The position numbers and the translations under genes are program-made. A stretch of DNA of 64,000 bases, taken from positions 9,672,001 to 9,736,000 of the forward strand of contig OZ231126.1 in the NCBI GenBank assembly GCA_965153355.1, written 5' to 3'. The DNA is from Flaccisagitta enflata (lineage: Eukaryota). Below, piece by piece: positions 60,088 through 64,000 of the stretch (the first letter of the stretch is position 1; every line of letters starts with the position of its first letter). A model generated the notes under the pieces. That model ran no database searches, was not told the DNA's origin, and saw only the letters and a program-made list of their open reading frames with translations.

Positions 60088-63000
60088 TCAGCGCTCTGGA
60101 TCCGGCATCCGGAACACTTTCATATCCGTGTCATCTTTCATGTTCGACATGTCCTGAAAAATGCCAAAATGGTAAAATTAAAATAAATGAGCTGCGACAA
60201 TCGAGCTTCTCACAGCTTTAGTTTTAGGGATCATCTTAAGTCAACAACTACCACTACTCAGCTTATGTCCCCATCCCTAGGTTTACTAGTTTCTACACTC
60301 ACCAGGGGAGTGAGGAAAATGAACTGTTGTCCCTTGTGCTTCTTTGTGGTGTGGATCATCATTTCCATGGCAATCGACCGATTTACGTTGTCCATGAAAA
60401 CGTCAAATTCGTCCAAGCATCTGTCAATGAAATAATCATCAATCATCGATTATAAACAATCATTAATCAATCAATCGTGGATTATCATCGTGAATCATCA
60501 TCAATCATCGTGGACCATATTCATTAATCGTGGATTATCACCAATCAATCGTGAATTATCATCAATCAATCGTGAATTATCATCAATCATCGATCATCGG
60601 TCATCGTGGATCGTCAACATTCAACGATCATCTTGGATCGACATCATTCATCGATTATCGTCATCAAAATCGAGTGATTCACGTTGAAACAATTGCATTT
60701 GATAATAAGCAATGGTGATCGCACATTTAACCATCAACAAGTGACGCGGTATTACCATGTCGTCGCGGACAGGCATCCAACCCCTATCCATACCCGCACA
60801 ACCCCCCCCCCCACACACAAACATACACAAAATGTATTCATTGAATACTATTCAAAACTCATTTTTTCCACTTTTCGTCTTGATCATTATCAACGGACCA
60901 AGGGGCCAACGGACAGACAAAGCCTCTTATAGGTAGAGAAGATAGAGTTGCGTGTCTTAAAATGGGGGATTTTCAAGAATGAAATTATTTATGCGAGGAT
61001 AATGGCTGATGAGCCAGCAGCCGGCAGATAGCAAACAGTTAATTTAGGAAGATGAACACGATGGTTAACAACTGCAGAAAACGATCTATTCTACAGACTG
61101 AATGAAAATACAACGAGAGGAGTCTAGAGGAGTGAGCCCAATCTATAGCAGTACCCCCTACAGCCAATTCAGGAGGTGCTACATGGTCATGTAGGGTACC
61201 AATCGAAAGCTTATATCATTACAAGTGGCGCCATCGAAGGGATTTGGAAGATTCAGCTCTGTTCATGAGATTCAGCCCCTTAAAGGGTCCAAATTTGCGG
61301 TTTTGAAAAAAAGGTGAAAAAAGCTTGTTTTGAGCACTTCTATAGCCTGTATCTCAGTAAATAGGAGGAAAATGAGAAATCGCCTCGATGGCGCCACTTA
61401 CATTAACAAAAGCATTTGATTGATACCCTATTTGACCTCATATCACTTCCTATATGGGCTGTAGGGGGTACTGCTATAGATTTAGGTCACTCCTCTGGAC
61501 TCCTCTCGTATTTTCATTCAGTCTGCAGTGTAACGATTCCCCACCTAAATGGCGACTCCATAGCTTCCCAGAGTGACAAAACGAAGCAGACCGTTGAGAA
61601 GGACCTTTCCCCGCCAGAGAGTTGGCGCATGTCTCCCTGCTGAGACGCGTCGGCCTGCGGCTGCACGTGAATATCCAGAGTCCGGTTCTCGTGATCGAAT
61701 TTGAGTTGACCGCGATATTTGCGCTGCTCCAACATGCTCGCGAAAAAGGCTCGAGTACGCTTGGCTAACATATGCTTGAACTGCCTAGTTTTTTTCAGGG
61801 AAGAAATGGAATCAAATCTTAATATTTCATGTGGCTTTCTTACCTTTTTTCCCAATATCAAATAGCATTTGGCATTACATTTCTTCGTAATTATTCATAT
61901 ATTCATATTAACCCGGTTATTTTTAGTCGCGGACACGCGACTCTACAACTTGCCGTGTCGGTCGGTCCGTCCGTCCGTCCGTCCCTCCGTAACATTTTTG
62001 AATTGCGATCGGTTTTCGCATCACTGCTCCTGCCCAACCGTCCGCGACTGGATTGCCGTGTATCCGGCCTTGTTTTAGTCGCGTGCACGCGACTCGACAC
62101 CCCGCTTTGTCCGCCCGTCGGTCGGTCGGTTGGTCGGTCTGTCACTTTTTACTTTTTTTTTATCAATTTAGTCATTTAGGAGTATACTGAGTCATTTTAA
62201 GTCATTCTAAGTCATGCTAAGTCAATCTGTAAGTCTCGCACGCGACTTATAGGTGTTGGCCTTGTTTGTGACTAGCTATCTGAGACCTATCCCAAAACAG
62301 CCCGCAGGGATTCACTTACTCCATGTTATGCTCTCGGTTCCTCATGATTTTCTCAAAAACTTGTACGAAGTGAGTGAGATCGTTGACCTTCTTCTTGATG
62401 TCATCCACATGCGACTTCTTTTCCTTGTAACTACAGAACATAATGGAAATAAATTGAATCAAATTGATTGAATCGGTTCTCAACATTTCGTAAAGGTTTG
62501 ATACAAACATTGGACGTTACGGTCGCACAGTCGTTGACACCGCCACAGTCGGCCATTACATTGTAATATTTACATGTCCTCCGTACTAGCAATGTAATCA
62601 TATCCTCTCAACTTCTCTCACCTTGCCAAAACGACTTCCTTGTCCCCGTGGGTTTGTTCCTCGGAGACGATTCTCTTTTCGATTTGCACGATTTCCGATT
62701 GCAGATGTTGGGGGGTTCTTTTGGCTCTGACTCGTGGACAGACTCCAGAAGCTTTAGTCACGCGATCTTCCACCAGCGACTTTTGAGCGTCACGCTCTTT
62801 TGATCGCTTCTCAATGTCCTCCTCGAGTTGGCGCAACTTGAGCTTGTAATGGTCGATCGCAGTCTGGAAGAAGGGACAAACCAAACAAATGTAAGGACGG
62901 CATTAAACGGAAGTTACAGAACTTTAGAGCGTCCAGCTCTTGGGTACGCTTCCTGATGACTCAACCAGTCAATTTTTCCATTAGCAAAGAGTTAACTGTC

Positions 63001-64000
63001 AGCGTCATCTTTCTCCACGAACAATCTTCTCACCTGTAACTTAGGGAATTCCATGAGCAGATTATTGAGTCTCAGCGCGTCGGTTTCGCTGTTGGTGACG
63101 AGCGCGAACAAGTCCGCCTGCACAGCCTCAAATTCCGACTTGGCCTTTTGAACCCTATAATGATGATAATACAAAGCATGCAAATTTAATGACCACATCT
63201 GGCACATCTGACAGAATGACAAGGCATTGCAAAACAACAAAAGAGATACACTCTTTTTTTTATAAGAACGTCATTTTTTTTTTCGAAGGCTTCATGTTCT
63301 CATTTTCAAGGTCAAATGAAGCCTTCAACGTTCTTAGAGTTCTTAGAGTTCTTTATTTCAAATACTATATAAACTATAGGAAACCTAATAATGTACTATA
63401 TCTCAATCATAATAAACATATTTTTATTAAATACTATTAAAACAAATACTAATCATTAAAGTTTAAGGATATTTTCATGATATTTATTCAAAAATTATAA
63501 AGTATCATCTTGATTATACTAAAATTCAAGTGTTTTCTTAACATTCTTTAAATACTATCGTAAGTAAAATTTTTTTCAAGATTTGAAGCCTTCATGTTCT
63601 TAAGACGTTCTTAATTATGGGGCCATTTGAAGCCTTGATGTTTTTTAAACTAGGTTCTTAAAAAAAAAAGTGTAGTAGGATTACCAAACAGACAGAAGAG
63701 CAACGCAAAGAGTAAACGAAGAAATGAACAAAGAGGAACGAACACACGAACGAACGAACAAAGATAAGAGCGAACAAAGGAACAAAGAAAAGAACAAATG
63801 AAACAAGAAAAGAACGGACAAATCAATTGCCACAAAGAGTATGAAGGACCAGGCGAAAAGCATGCAATGTATGTCACGCACCGCGTATCGATTTCCGTGA
63901 GCGCGGTTTTACCCTCCTCCACCGCTTCCTTCTTATCCCTGATATCATTCTTGTGATGATCGAGATCTTCTCGCAGAGTCGTGACGTCGATAGGCATTGG
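60088..64000 (-). CDS. SMC6: Structural maintenance of chromosomes protein 6, 3' exons
   Basis: Exons >64000-63882, 63154-63034, 62863-62622, 62430-62320, 61784-61545, 60420-60303 and 60153-60088. Motifs LSGGERSFSTVCFVLSLW, PFRCLDEFDVFMD, QFIFLTP, MPDPER. Confidence 0.95.
61094..61525. mobile_element. Palindromic MITE in an SMC6 intron
   Basis: cagactgaatgaaaata..gagaggagt..tctatagcagtaccccctacagcc is mirrored at about 61455-61525. Confidence 0.8.
61920..62266 (+). mobile_element. Two tandem short HINE/DINE-1-like elements, family C
   Basis: ttttagtcgcg..cacgcgact hairpin start, GTCC/GGTC microsatellite, a second cgcgact and a ggccttgtt end, all present twice. Confidence 0.7.

Noticed and set aside
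60430-60680. ATC-rich degenerate repeats in an SMC6 intron
   Set aside because: Low-complexity sequence with no defined termini or coding signal.

Overview
This is a eukaryotic, most likely animal, genomic window with spliced minus-strand host genes: ANKRD13C-like (5' part), CEP76 (8 exons), two F-box/LRR-like paralogs, METTL25B/RRNAD1 and SMC6 (3' part). Two large cargo-carrying transposons dominate it. (1) A 16.75-kb Ty3/Gypsy LTR retrotransposon (12291-29040; 484-bp LTRs, ATAG target-site duplication [TSD]) lies in CEP76 intron 1. Besides gag and pol it has an extra ORF upstream of gag, split by a 1.46-kb foldback element, and in the env position an ORF with two DEDDy 3'-5' exonuclease domains resembling Nibbler/Mut-7 (one with intact catalytic residues, one degenerate). 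(2) A ~14.7-kb Helentron with both ends (about 32134-46863) is inserted in an exon of one F-box paralog. Its ORF reconstructs to ~3,370 aa: SGNH hydrolase, ubiquitin-like (Ubl) domain ending in LRGG, C2H2 fingers, DUF6570-like region, tandem Ubl domains, Cys-less Ulp1-like domain, HUH Rep, PIF1 helicase and EEP endonuclease. Several introns in the F-box paralogs coincide with terminal-inverted-repeat (TIR) elements and are absent from the sister paralog, suggesting Introner-like intron gain. All domain calls were made by eye from motifs; no database searches were run.
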